A DNA stretch of 64,000 bases from positions 64,940 through 128,939 of the forward strand of contig SUVX01000001.1 of NCBI GenBank assembly GCA_015061725.1. Direction: 5' to 3'. Positions 10,720 through 19,631 of the stretch are shown piece by piece (the first letter of the stretch is position 1; every line of letters starts with the position of its first letter). The stretch comes from Lentisphaerota bacterium. Its GTDB lineage: Bacteria > Verrucomicrobiota > Lentisphaeria > Victivallales > Victivallaceae. The notes under the pieces were generated by a model, which saw only the letters and a program-made list of their open reading frames with translations, did not search any database and had not been told where the DNA came from. The position numbers and the translations under genes are program-made.

Positions 10720-12002
10720 TTCTGATAATCCGCAAATTTGTGAAAATGTTTTTCTTCAACAGCAACAACAATATCAAGAACTCCGTCAGGAGCATATTCC
10801 TCTTCATAAACCTCGCCGATGGCATGAGCAAGCGCGGCGAGGTCTGACCGGAAAGGCGGCAGCTGCAAATGCATGACTTTCCGGTTTCCGGCAATCAATT
10901 CCGGTAATTTGGCTTTCAGTAGATCCAGTCCCTCCCCTGTCACAGTAGAAATATACAACGCGTCAGGGAACAAACCGTGCAAACGGGCAAGCGTGACAGC
11001 ATCTGCAACCGGATCAATTTTATCCATCTTATTAAAAATGATTTGAATTTTTTTCTCATCTGCGCCCAGTTCTTTTAAAACGCCGAGCGTGGTTTCCCAT
11101 TCTGCATCCAGACGGGAACTGGACACATCCAGTACCAGCAGCAGAAAGTCCGCAAGTACAGCCTCTTCAAGAGTTGATTTGAATGCTTCAACAAGAGCAT
11201 GCGGCAACTTTCTGACAAAGCCCACAGTATCAGTTAAAACCAACTCCATGTTCCCGGGCAGCACAAGACGGCGGGCAACGGGGTCAAGCGTCGCAAAAAG
11301 CTGATTTTTAACCAGAACATCGGAACCGGAAAGAGCATTGAGCAAACTTGACTTGCCGACATTGGTGTACCCCACAATCGCACCCTGCGGTACCGGACGG
11401 CGCTGACGTGCTTTTCTGCGCGTGGAACGCTGCTTGCGGACAAGCTCCAACTCTTCAGTAAGCGTCTGAATTTTGTGTTTCAACAGCCGCCGGTCAGTCT
11501 CAATCTGCGCTTCACCCTGTCCGCGGTTTGTCGCACCGCCGCCGCGTTGGCGTGACAGGTGAGTCCAGGCTCCAGTCAACCGGGGCAGTTCATATTGCGC
11601 CCGAGCCAATTCAACCTGCAGAACAGCCTCCCGGGTCTGCGCCCGGGCAGCAAAAATTTCAAGAATCACCTCCTCGCGGCTGATAACCGGACACTTCGCC
11701 AGGCGTTCCCAGTTTCTCTGCTGCGAAGGAGTTAATTCTGAATCTATGACGATCAGATCAGCTTCACATTCCTGAGCAAGCTGAGCGATCTCTTCCGCCC
11801 GCCCGTCACCGATACGGTAACGGACTCTTGCACCGCGCAATTTGGCAAATTCAGGCTCGAGAGAAACGATATTGAGGTTACTCAAAAGTTCAGAAAGCTC
11901 CTCAATCTGTTCTCTTACGGTATCAATATCCTCATGTTGGGAAATAATCCCGACAGGAAGAGCCCGTTCTACTCTGGCAGCGGCGGCGGCAAGATCTATC
12001 AT
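10716..12002 (-). CDS. hflX: GTPase HflX
   Basis: 428 aa. HflX N-domain plus G-domain motifs GYTNVGKSSLLNAL, DTVGF and NKMD. AGGA Shine-Dalgarno upstream. Confidence 0.9.
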   Translation of the reverse strand: MIDLAAAAARVERALPVGIISQHEDIDTVREQIEELSELLSNLNIVSLEPEFAKLRGARVRYRIGDGRAEEIAQLAQECEADLIVIDSELTPSQQRNWERLAKCPVISREEVILEIFAARAQTREAVLQVELARAQYELPRLTGAWTHLSRQRGGGATNRGQGEAQIETDRRLLKHKIQTLTEELELVRKQRSTRRKARQRRPVPQGAIVGYTNVGKSSLLNALSGSDVLVKNQLFATLDPVARRLVLPGNMELVLTDTVGFVRKLPHALVEAFKSTLEEAVLADFLLLVLDVSSSRLDAEWETTLGVLKELGADEKKIQIIFNKMDKIDPVADAVTLARLHGLFPDALYISTVTGEGLDLLKAKLPELIAGNRKVMHLQLPPFRSDLAALAHAIGEVYEEEYAPDGVLDIVVAVEEKHFHKFADYQK

Positions 12003-12012
12003 AAAAATCCTT

Positions 12013-13113
12013 TTACTGTTTCAGAAGTTTCATCATTTCCGGCATTTGTTCAGAAATAGATCTGACCAGTTTAAACTGATTACGGCAACGTTCAATGTTA
12101 TGCTGAGGACGTCTGATTTTAAAATAAGTATCGCCTTCAAGATAATCGGTCAGGAAGCGGATACCGATTTCTGTGGTGATGATTTTTCCGGCGAGAGGCA
12201 GATTTTCTTTTTCAGCCGAAGTCATAAAACCGTCGGCGGCAGTCAGAAATCCTTTATAGAGCGCCTCGTACAAGTCAAACCTCATCCAAACCTTATCGCA
12301 ATCAACTTCATCTTCTCCGGCGGAGTTGGTGGCACTTCTGACCATATCTCCGAAATCGTAGAGAGAAAGTCCGGGCATGACTGTATCCAGGTCAAGCACA
12401 CAGACGCCCTCCCCTGAAAGGTCGTCAATCAGAATATTATTGCTTTTGGTATCATTGTGCGTGATACGCTCGGGAATATCTCCGGATTCGTTCAAGCGCA
12501 GCAGAGTACCTGCCTCTTCTTTCAGAGAAAGAGCAAAATCAATTTCAGCAGCGACAGAAGCGGCACGACCGCAGACATCTTCACGGACAGCCTCCTCCAG
12601 ACGTTCAAATCGCTTGGGCGTGTTATGAAAATCGGGAATCGTCTCATTCAAACGACCGCCGGGCAAATCGACAAGCTGTTTCTGAAACTCTCCGAAAGCC
12701 ATCGCAATACGGTAAGCCTGCTCCGGAGTTTCAAGCACCTCGTATGCCCGGGCGTTTTCAATAAACACATAAGCGCGCCAATAATCTCCGTTTTCATCCT
12801 GCACATAAGGTTTATTGTCATAATCACGCAGCAGACGGAGAGTCCTTTTTTTAGTCTCCATCCGGGCGGTACGCACTTTTTTAAGAATGTGCGATGTTAC
12901 GCGATCAATATTTTCCATAACGCCGACAGGATTATGGAAAACATTGCGGTTGATACGCTGCAGAATGTAGTGCAATCGGACTCCGCCCTGATCAAACGTC
13001 ACCTGAAAAGTATCGTTGACGTTACCCATTCCGAACGGCGTAGCAATCAGAAAATCGCCGTAAACGGCAAATTTATACATTAAATCGCGCAAAAAACTCT
13101 TTTTATATTGCAT
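12013..13113 (-). CDS. APH-fold anomeric sugar kinase, N-acetylhexosamine 1-kinase (NahK)-like
   Basis: 366 aa. Kinase catalytic block ITHNDTKSNNILID and DLDTVMPG (Brenner/DxD-like motifs of the aminoglycoside-phosphotransferase fold). GGAGG Shine-Dalgarno. Paired with the downstream nucleotidyltransferase. Confidence 0.6.
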   Translation of the reverse strand: MQYKKSFLRDLMYKFAVYGDFLIATPFGMGNVNDTFQVTFDQGGVRLHYILQRINRNVFHNPVGVMENIDRVTSHILKKVRTARMETKKRTLRLLRDYDNKPYVQDENGDYWRAYVFIENARAYEVLETPEQAYRIAMAFGEFQKQLVDLPGGRLNETIPDFHNTPKRFERLEEAVREDVCGRAASVAAEIDFALSLKEEAGTLLRLNESGDIPERITHNDTKSNNILIDDLSGEGVCVLDLDTVMPGLSLYDFGDMVRSATNSAGEDEVDCDKVWMRFDLYEALYKGFLTAADGFMTSAEKENLPLAGKIITTEIGIRFLTDYLEGDTYFKIRRPQHNIERCRNQFKLVRSISEQMPEMMKLLKQ

Positions 13114-13116
13114 GAA

Positions 13117-14037
13117 TTACGCCTCCCGGTCAAACAGCGGCGAGGGATAAGAACCAGCTTCAACCAATTTGCCTAAACTTTCCTGCACCATCGGACGGTC
13201 TTCGCGATAGGTCACACCGAACCAGCTGTCCCGGCTGTTGCGGGCTGAAATAACCGCCTCGTTGCGTGAAATCAAAGTGTCCACAGCTCCGGGCAGATAA
13301 AATTCACTTTTCAGTTCAGTTCCGCGCTCTTTGAGGAACTCAATCAGAAGTTCCTGCAATTTGCCGATAAACTCAGGCATGAATCCCCAGGAATTCATGG
13401 AAACCTGCTCGTTTCCTGTAAAAGGCGTGGGATTTTCAGGATCCGTTTGGTCAGCGGCCCCTGAAGAAGTTTTGACGATTTTTGTGAACTCAGTCACTTT
13501 GCGGAGATAGCCGTCATTGTCAACGGAGCAGATTCCACGGGCAACAGAACCGTTTTCACTGAGAGTATTTGAAAGAATAAACGTTGCAATCACGCCGCGG
13601 ACAAGACCGCTTTCCGGCGGATTTGAAAGATATCCGGCAAGCTGTTTGTAACTGTCGGCTCCGTAAAAATCATCGGCATTGATAACAGCAAAAGGCGTAT
13701 CCAGAATATTCCGGGCGGCAAGCAGAGCATGTCCCGTTCCCCAGGGTTTTTCACGTCCTTCAGGAACGGTAAAACCATCAGGCAAATCATCCAGCTGCTG
13801 AAACGCATAATCCACTTTCAAAAGTTTCTCGTATTTTTTACCGATGCGTTCTTTGAATTCAGCTTCAAAATCACGGCGGATAACAAATACAACACGGTTG
13901 AATCCGGCACGGACGGCATCAAAAACGGAGTAGTCCATAATCGTTTCGCCGTTGGGTCCCATGGGGTCAAGCTGTTTCAATCCGCCGTAACGGCTTCCCA
14001 TTCCTGCCGCAAGCACAACCAAAGTAAGATCTGCCAT
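13117..14037 (-). CDS. sugar-1-phosphate nucleotidyltransferase
   Basis: 306 aa. N-terminal VVLAAGMGSRYGGLKQ signature of the NTP_transferase fold. Confidence 0.75.
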   Translation of the reverse strand: MADLTLVVLAAGMGSRYGGLKQLDPMGPNGETIMDYSVFDAVRAGFNRVVFVIRRDFEAEFKERIGKKYEKLLKVDYAFQQLDDLPDGFTVPEGREKPWGTGHALLAARNILDTPFAVINADDFYGADSYKQLAGYLSNPPESGLVRGVIATFILSNTLSENGSVARGICSVDNDGYLRKVTEFTKIVKTSSGAADQTDPENPTPFTGNEQVSMNSWGFMPEFIGKLQELLIEFLKERGTELKSEFYLPGAVDTLISRNEAVISARNSRDSWFGVTYREDRPMVQESLGKLVEAGSYPSPLFDREA

Positions 14038-14074
14038 AATAAAAATCCTTTCTTTAAAATAAGGTAAAACAATA

Positions 14075-15127
14075 TCAAATTGCCAGATTCACTGCGAAAG
14101 TCCGCAGTGCCAAATCCTCCGGCACATTAAAACGCAAAGTCATCATCAAATCCTCAGCCTCTTTGAGAATCCGATCTCCGTAAGCAACTGAAATATTTTG
14201 CTCAGGCTTTCCGGAAACAAAAACTTCAGGATTGGGCAGCAGAGAAAAATCCGTTCCTCTTGACAACAGGAACAACTGCTGACAGAATGTTACCACTGCC
14301 GACAGAAACACCCGGCGGTCACGCATATAGGCACCATAAGAAGCATCTGCCATCCGCGCTTCAAGGCGTTTAACGTAAGCCGGATCCTCCGCCCTTGCCG
14401 CAGCAAGAAGCTGATCGTGGTATTCCTCTGTAATTTTTTTCTCCGCCGCATCCGCCAATCCGTTGGCAACACGGATCAATGTTTGAGCCGCCTGTTCTGC
14501 GGCAATAAGTCCTTTTCCGCCGAAACACAGAAACTCCATTGCCTTGAAAACCTCATCAGCTCCGGCAAAATCGTATCGGCAGGAGTTGCCGGGCAACGGT
14601 ATCTGCTGACAACGGGATATCGTCGTCGGCAGCAAGGCAGCGGGATTACCTGTTGACAGAATCAATGTCGTTTCCGGCGGCGGTTCTTCAAGAGTTTTCA
14701 AAAGGGCATTCTGCGCTTCATCATTCATTCTGTCCGCTTCAAAAATCATACCGATTTTACGGGAAAACACAGAAGAACCGGTCAGGTAAAAGGCTGAGAT
14801 AAAATTCCTCAACGTATTGGGTTCAGGATTCACCCGGTCGCCCACCTTGATCTGATACATTTTTCCGACCGGAGAAAGCGTGTGCAGTTCCGGATAACTC
14901 TGGTCAGCAACTTTACGGCAATAGGGACAGTCCGTATCCGGAACACCTGTTTCAAGTGCCGCGGGACACCCCGCAATCTGAGCAAGCACAATTGAAAAAT
15001 CTTTGCGGACAACCGGGTCGGGAGAACAGACAAGGAAAGCATGGGCAAATCTGCCGTGACTTCTTGCATTGCCCAGACACTTGACAAGTTCCGGATATAA
15101 AGAACTGTATTGACTATATAAACTCAT
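14075..15127 (-). CDS. holB: DNA polymerase III delta-prime subunit
   Basis: HGRFAHAFLV and EAQNALLKTLEEPPPETTLIL motifs. The ORF extends to 15181. I prefer the ATG at 15127 (AGGA 7 nt upstream), which overlaps the tmk stop by only 14 nt. Confidence 0.8.
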   Translation of the reverse strand: MSLYSQYSSLYPELVKCLGNARSHGRFAHAFLVCSPDPVVRKDFSIVLAQIAGCPAALETGVPDTDCPYCRKVADQSYPELHTLSPVGKMYQIKVGDRVNPEPNTLRNFISAFYLTGSSVFSRKIGMIFEADRMNDEAQNALLKTLEEPPPETTLILSTGNPAALLPTTISRCQQIPLPGNSCRYDFAGADEVFKAMEFLCFGGKGLIAAEQAAQTLIRVANGLADAAEKKITEEYHDQLLAAARAEDPAYVKRLEARMADASYGAYMRDRRVFLSAVVTFCQQLFLLSRGTDFSLLPNPEVFVSGKPEQNISVAYGDRILKEAEDLMMTLRFNVPEDLALRTFAVNLAI

Positions 15128-15770
15128 TGATGATCCTGACAATATCTTCGTGAACACTTCTTTGATCCCGGGCGGCATCAATTACTTTGATCCGTTCCGG
15201 TTCAGCCTCAGCCAATTCAAGGAAAGAACGCCGGACCGTTCTGTGGAAATCAATTTTTTCCGCTTCAAAGCGGTCAAACTGACCTGCCGTTTCACTCCGT
15301 TTGCGGGTTCTTGCGAAACCATCCTCGGGAGACAAATCCAGCAAAAAGGTCAAATCCGGCACAAGACCGACAGCGGCAAAACGGTTCAAAAAGAGAATAT
15401 CATCTTTATCAAGACCTCTTGCGCCGCCCTGATATGCAATCGTGGAATCTGAAAAACGGTCACAGATCACAGACACACCGGATTCCAGACGGGGCAGAAT
15501 AAACTCCTGCACATGTTGAGAACGCGCAGCCTCCATTAAAAGCAATTCGGTTCTGTCATGCATTTTTTCATTGCCGTCATGCCCTTTGACCACTTCGCGG
15601 ATTTTTTCCGCCAAAGCCGTTCCGCCGGGCTCTCTTGTCGTCACTGCCGGACGGTTGTTTTTTTTCAAAAAATCAAGCAGCATTGCCACCTGAGTACTCT
15701 TTCCGGCACCTTCCGGACCTTCAAAAGTTATGAAAAATCCGCGTTTTTTACCACTTTTTTCACTATTCAT
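15114..15770 (-). CDS. tmk: thymidylate kinase
   Basis: 218 aa. P-loop FITFEGPEGAGKSTQ and DRFSDSTIAYQG. Confidence 0.92.
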   Translation of the reverse strand: MNSEKSGKKRGFFITFEGPEGAGKSTQVAMLLDFLKKNNRPAVTTREPGGTALAEKIREVVKGHDGNEKMHDRTELLLMEAARSQHVQEFILPRLESGVSVICDRFSDSTIAYQGGARGLDKDDILFLNRFAAVGLVPDLTFLLDLSPEDGFARTRKRSETAGQFDRFEAEKIDFHRTVRRSFLELAEAEPERIKVIDAARDQRSVHEDIVRIINEFI

Positions 15771-15890
15771 GATAAATTTCCTATTTTTTTCTCGTCTATA
15801 AAGATACTTCCATTTGCCCTAAAGTTCAAATCGTGATATATTTAAATAAGTACTTTTTTACAAAAAACCAAACATAAGGGGTAAAAAATC

Positions 15891-17009
15891 ATGAGTAAAG
15901 CACTTTCACGTTCAAGTTATCTTGAGAAAAACGTCGGAGATTTTCCGGCAGAATTCGAAATCGCGGGCGTCCGTTATGAGAAAGCGGATGATTTGCGTTA
16001 CGGCACAAATCCGCATCAGCCCGCCGCCTATTACCGTCCCATCGGTGTCTCCGGTGTCATCGGCGGTATGGAAATCATCAAGAACGGCAAAAGCGGTCTT
16101 TCACAGACAAATTTGGAAGATATTTCCGGCGCACTCAACATCGTCAAGTTCTGTGACCGCAGTGCCTGCGCTGTCATGAAACACGTCAATCCCTCCGGTG
16201 CCGCCGTCGCAGTCGGCAATGAAACGCTCAAACAGGTTTACATAAAGGCTCGCGATGCAGACCCCCGTGCGGCATTCGGCAGTGTTATCGCTTTCAATGT
16301 TCCCGTTGACGAAGAAACGGCCAAAGAAATCATGTCAACTTTTGTGGAATGCGTTGTTGCACCGGACTATTCTCCTGAAGCGATCGCCGTTTTCAATGAC
16401 GGAGCAACCTATAAACTCAACAAACAGATCCGTATCCTCAAGTGCGGAGATATTTCCAAACTGCCGCGCTATACCGGCGAAGCAGGTCCGGAATACAACA
16501 CTTTCAAGGTTCTTGCAGACGGCTCTCTGATCATTGCCGCCCCGCTGACAACCAATCTCCGCACCGTTGAAGACCTGGTCACTGCCAGCGGCGAAAACAC
16601 CCGCTGCGGCGCAGTCAAATCTGAAATCGCCCCCACTGAACAGCAGAAAATCGACCTGTTGTTCTCGTGGCATGTCAACCTCTCCGTCCGTTCCAACGGC
16701 GTGGTCATCGTCAAAAACGGACAGACCCTCTCCGTCGGAACCGGCGAACAGGACAGAGTCGGAGCCATTGAACAGGCCATCATCAAATTCAAAGAAAAAT
16801 ACCAGGGCAGCGAAGAACTGGAAGGTTCTGTCATGTCCAGCGACGGTTTCTTCCCCTTTGAAGACGGTGTTGAAGTTGCCGCCGCCGCCGGCGTCAAAGC
16901 GATCATCGCCCCCGCCGGAAGTCTCCGCGATGCGGACGTTATCAAACGCGCCAATGAACTGGGCGTTGCTCTGATTCACGCTCCCGAACGTATTTTCTCT
17001 CACCACTAA
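15891..17009 (+). CDS. AICAR transformylase-domain protein (PurH C-terminal domain only, no MGS/IMP-cyclohydrolase domain)
   Basis: 372 aa. DLRYGTNPHQPAAYY (the GENPHQ block of AICARFT), KHVNPSGAAV, and the C-terminus SDGFFPF...IIAPAGSLRD...FSHH. AAGGGG Shine-Dalgarno. Confidence 0.75.
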   Translation: MSKALSRSSYLEKNVGDFPAEFEIAGVRYEKADDLRYGTNPHQPAAYYRPIGVSGVIGGMEIIKNGKSGLSQTNLEDISGALNIVKFCDRSACAVMKHVNPSGAAVAVGNETLKQVYIKARDADPRAAFGSVIAFNVPVDEETAKEIMSTFVECVVAPDYSPEAIAVFNDGATYKLNKQIRILKCGDISKLPRYTGEAGPEYNTFKVLADGSLIIAAPLTTNLRTVEDLVTASGENTRCGAVKSEIAPTEQQKIDLLFSWHVNLSVRSNGVVIVKNGQTLSVGTGEQDRVGAIEQAIIKFKEKYQGSEELEGSVMSSDGFFPFEDGVEVAAAAGVKAIIAPAGSLRDADVIKRANELGVALIHAPERIFSHH

Positions 17010-17034
17010 TTTATAAATAAAAGAGGAATAACCC

Positions 17035-17730
17035 ATGGATACTGACAACAAAAAGAAAATAAATGCAGAAATCGGACAGGCTCTGTTCTCTGATACGGAA
17101 CGTTTTGAAATGTGGTTTGCAACTTATTGGAAACCCGCCTGTATCGTGGCAATTATCATCGCAGTTCTGGTGGCAGTCATTTTCGGTGTTGCCGCTGCCC
17201 GTTCTTCAGCTGACCGCAAGGCGGCTTTTGAACTGACCGATGCAACGACTGCTGCTGAAATTTCAGCAGCTCTTGAAAAGCATCCGGATCATGCCGGAGC
17301 CGCCATCGCCCGTTTCAGACTGGCAAAGCTCCAGCTTGATGCAAAGAATTACAAAGAGGCCATTGCCGAGTTTGACAAGATTGCCAACGCTTCCGGCGTA
17401 GATGCCACCCTTGCCGGAAAAGCCAGGCTTGCTTCCGGCTATGCCTGCGAACTTGCCGGAAAGAAAAAAGAGGCTGTTCCCCGTTTTCTTGCCGTTGAAA
17501 GCAATCTTGAACTCCCCGCCGCCCTGCGTGCAGAAGCCGGTTACAATGCCGGACGTCTGCTGATTCAGTCCGGAGATGAAAAACAGGCAAAGACCGTTCT
17601 CGGACGGACCGGCATGATTTCCGGCAATACCCGGACCGTTTCATACTGGACCGAAAATGCAAAACAAATGCTGATCGGCATTGATAACGGTGAATACAAA
17701 AAAGCGACTCCCAAGTCCAATAAAAAATAA
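17035..17730 (+). CDS. membrane-anchored TPR-like protein (YfgM-like)
   Basis: 231 aa. One TM segment (WKPACIVAIIIAVLVAVIFGVAA) followed by Ala-rich TPR-like helices. Confidence 0.55.
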   Translation: MDTDNKKKINAEIGQALFSDTERFEMWFATYWKPACIVAIIIAVLVAVIFGVAAARSSADRKAAFELTDATTAAEISAALEKHPDHAGAAIARFRLAKLQLDAKNYKEAIAEFDKIANASGVDATLAGKARLASGYACELAGKKKEAVPRFLAVESNLELPAALRAEAGYNAGRLLIQSGDEKQAKTVLGRTGMISGNTRTVSYWTENAKQMLIGIDNGEYKKATPKSNKK

Positions 17731-17742
17731 AGAATAAACACC

Positions 17743-18510
17743 ATGCAACTGCCGGAAATATCAAAAAAAGAACTTGCCCTGCTGCGCTCATTATCAACGC
17801 GCGGCGGGCGCAAACATTCCGGCTGCTGCCGGTGTGAAGGCGTGCGTGCAGTCCGGGAGCTGCTGGATAAAGCTCCCGGTTCTGTTAAATTCATCGCAGG
17901 AACGCCGCGCGGATTTGAAGCTTTTAAAGAGATTCCTGAAAAATCACGCAATATTTCTGAAGAAACTCTTGCAGACATCACCGAAACGGTCAACTCCCAG
18001 GGAATCGTTGCCGTTGCGGAAACTCCGGATTTTGCAGCCGGCACTCCTGCCGGTCCTTTTATTCTTGCGCTGGATCAACTCAACGATCCGGGCAACTTCG
18101 GAACGATTGCCCGGACATTCCGAGCCATCGGCGGTGCAGAATTGTGGTACACTAAAGGTTCCGTTGATCCCTGGTGCGACAAAGCCATACGTTCCGGACT
18201 CGGTGCCCAGTTTTCCCTCCGCCTGCGGCGGTTTGAAAACCTTGAAGAACTGGTTTCCGCTGCAGCGGATTTCGGTTTCAAACAAACATTTATTGCCGAT
18301 CCTCACGACGGAGAAAGCTGTTTTACCGCCCCCGGACTGTTTGACAAAAGTGTTATTGTCATCGGCAGTGAAGCCAATGGCGTAACCTGTCATCCCGCAG
18401 GCAGCCGGAATGTGATTATCCCCATGCCGGGAGATTATGAATCCCTGAATGCTGCTCAGGCAGCAACTGTTCTGCTGTTGGAACATGTCCGCCGCACAAC
18501 AACAAATTAA
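17743..18510 (+). CDS. SpoU/TrmH-family RNA 2'-O-methyltransferase
   Basis: 255 aa. SpoU motifs LDQLNDPGNFGTIARTF, VIGSEANGV and IPMPGDYESLNAAQAATVLLLE. Confidence 0.85.
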   Translation: MQLPEISKKELALLRSLSTRGGRKHSGCCRCEGVRAVRELLDKAPGSVKFIAGTPRGFEAFKEIPEKSRNISEETLADITETVNSQGIVAVAETPDFAAGTPAGPFILALDQLNDPGNFGTIARTFRAIGGAELWYTKGSVDPWCDKAIRSGLGAQFSLRLRRFENLEELVSAAADFGFKQTFIADPHDGESCFTAPGLFDKSVIVIGSEANGVTCHPAGSRNVIIPMPGDYESLNAAQAATVLLLEHVRRTTTN

Positions 18511-18521
18511 TGAGATAAAAA

Positions 18522-19631
18522 ATGATTTCCGCAACCTGGATAAAAATATATACAGTCGTCTTTGCCTCCGGTCTTGCCGGAGCTTTGATTTTAACACCAG
18601 TATTCCGCAGCCTTGCTGCAAAAACCGGTTTCATGGATGTTCCCGCAGACAATCACAAAGGACATAAAAAATCAACGCCGCTTCTGGGCGGACTTGCCAT
18701 GTTTTTCTCTTGGCTTTTCTGCATTGCCGGAGGCGTGTTTGCAATTAAATGGAATCTGCTCCCGGCTTTTTCAAAAATCGCAGAAACCCATTTGCCCGGC
18801 ATACTCCAAATCTACGGTAATCTGTGTTTTATTGCAGTCGGAGCCGCAATCGCCGTATTTCTCGGACTGATCGATGATAAATATCCGATGTCCGCTTCTG
18901 TAAAATTTGCGGGACAGTTCGTTGTGGCTTTGATTGCCGTATTCGGCGGAAATATCCGTCTCAATATCCTGCCGGGATTTCCCGGCGTGGAAACCGGAAT
19001 CACCTTATTCTGGTTCATGCTGTTGATGAACTCCATCAACTTTTTTGACAACATGGATGGTCTGGCTGTGGGAACAATCGCTATCGCCATGGGATTCTTC
19101 TCTGTTGTTGCGGCTCTCAACTGTCAATACTTCGTTGCCTGTTTCGCTGTTTTAAACTGCGCTGTCTGCTGTGGATTCTGGTTTTATAACACAACCCCTG
19201 CAACGATTTTCATGGGCGACTCAGGAAGTCATTTCCTGGGGTATCTGGCTGCTGTTGTTTCTGCGATGGTCACCTTTTTTGACAAGAGCGTTTCCCTGTC
19301 ACGTTTTCCTGTTCTCATGCCGCTTTTCATCCTTGCCCTGCCCCTTTTTGACACGGCAATGGTCGTTATCATCAGAACAATCAACCGCAAGCCTTTCTGG
19401 ATCGGGGATCACAATCACATTTCCCACAGATTTGTCCGCATGGGATTTACCCGCAAACGTGCGGTCATGCTCGTTCACCTGATGGCTCTGACCATCGGTC
19501 TGGGTATTCTGCCCGTTTTAAGAGGAAGTTTCTTCACCGCAGCAATTCTGGTCATTCAGGCAATTCTGATGCTGGGAATCATCACATTTCTTCAGCTGTA
19601 CCTCTCTGACCGTCCGGATGCAAGAGAATAA
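18522..19631 (+). CDS. glycosyltransferase family 4 polyprenyl-phosphate HexNAc-1-P transferase (WecA/MraY-like)
   Basis: 369 aa, polytopic. KGHKKSTPLLGGLA, NSINFFDNMDGLAVG and IFMGDSGSHFLGY blocks. Confidence 0.8.
   Translation: MISATWIKIYTVVFASGLAGALILTPVFRSLAAKTGFMDVPADNHKGHKKSTPLLGGLAMFFSWLFCIAGGVFAIKWNLLPAFSKIAETHLPGILQIYGNLCFIAVGAAIAVFLGLIDDKYPMSASVKFAGQFVVALIAVFGGNIRLNILPGFPGVETGITLFWFMLLMNSINFFDNMDGLAVGTIAIAMGFFSVVAALNCQYFVACFAVLNCAVCCGFWFYNTTPATIFMGDSGSHFLGYLAAVVSAMVTFFDKSVSLSRFPVLMPLFILALPLFDTAMVVIIRTINRKPFWIGDHNHISHRFVRMGFTRKRAVMLVHLMALTIGLGILPVLRGSFFTAAILVIQAILMLGIITFLQLYLSDRPDARE

Noticed and set aside
15128-15181. 18-codon 5' extension of holB
   Set aside because: It would overlap tmk by 68 nt and has no Shine-Dalgarno. 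The ATG at 15127 has AGGA 7 nt upstream.
16335-17051. 238-aa minus-strand ORF opposite the purH-like gene
   Set aside because: It is fully antisense to a gene with clear AICARFT motifs. Its Gly/Asp/Phe-rich translation has no family resemblance. It is a typical shadow ORF.
17944-18621. 225-aa minus-strand ORF opposite the TrmH-like gene
   Set aside because: It is a shadow ORF. The plus-strand gene carries all the SpoU motifs, and the antisense product has none.
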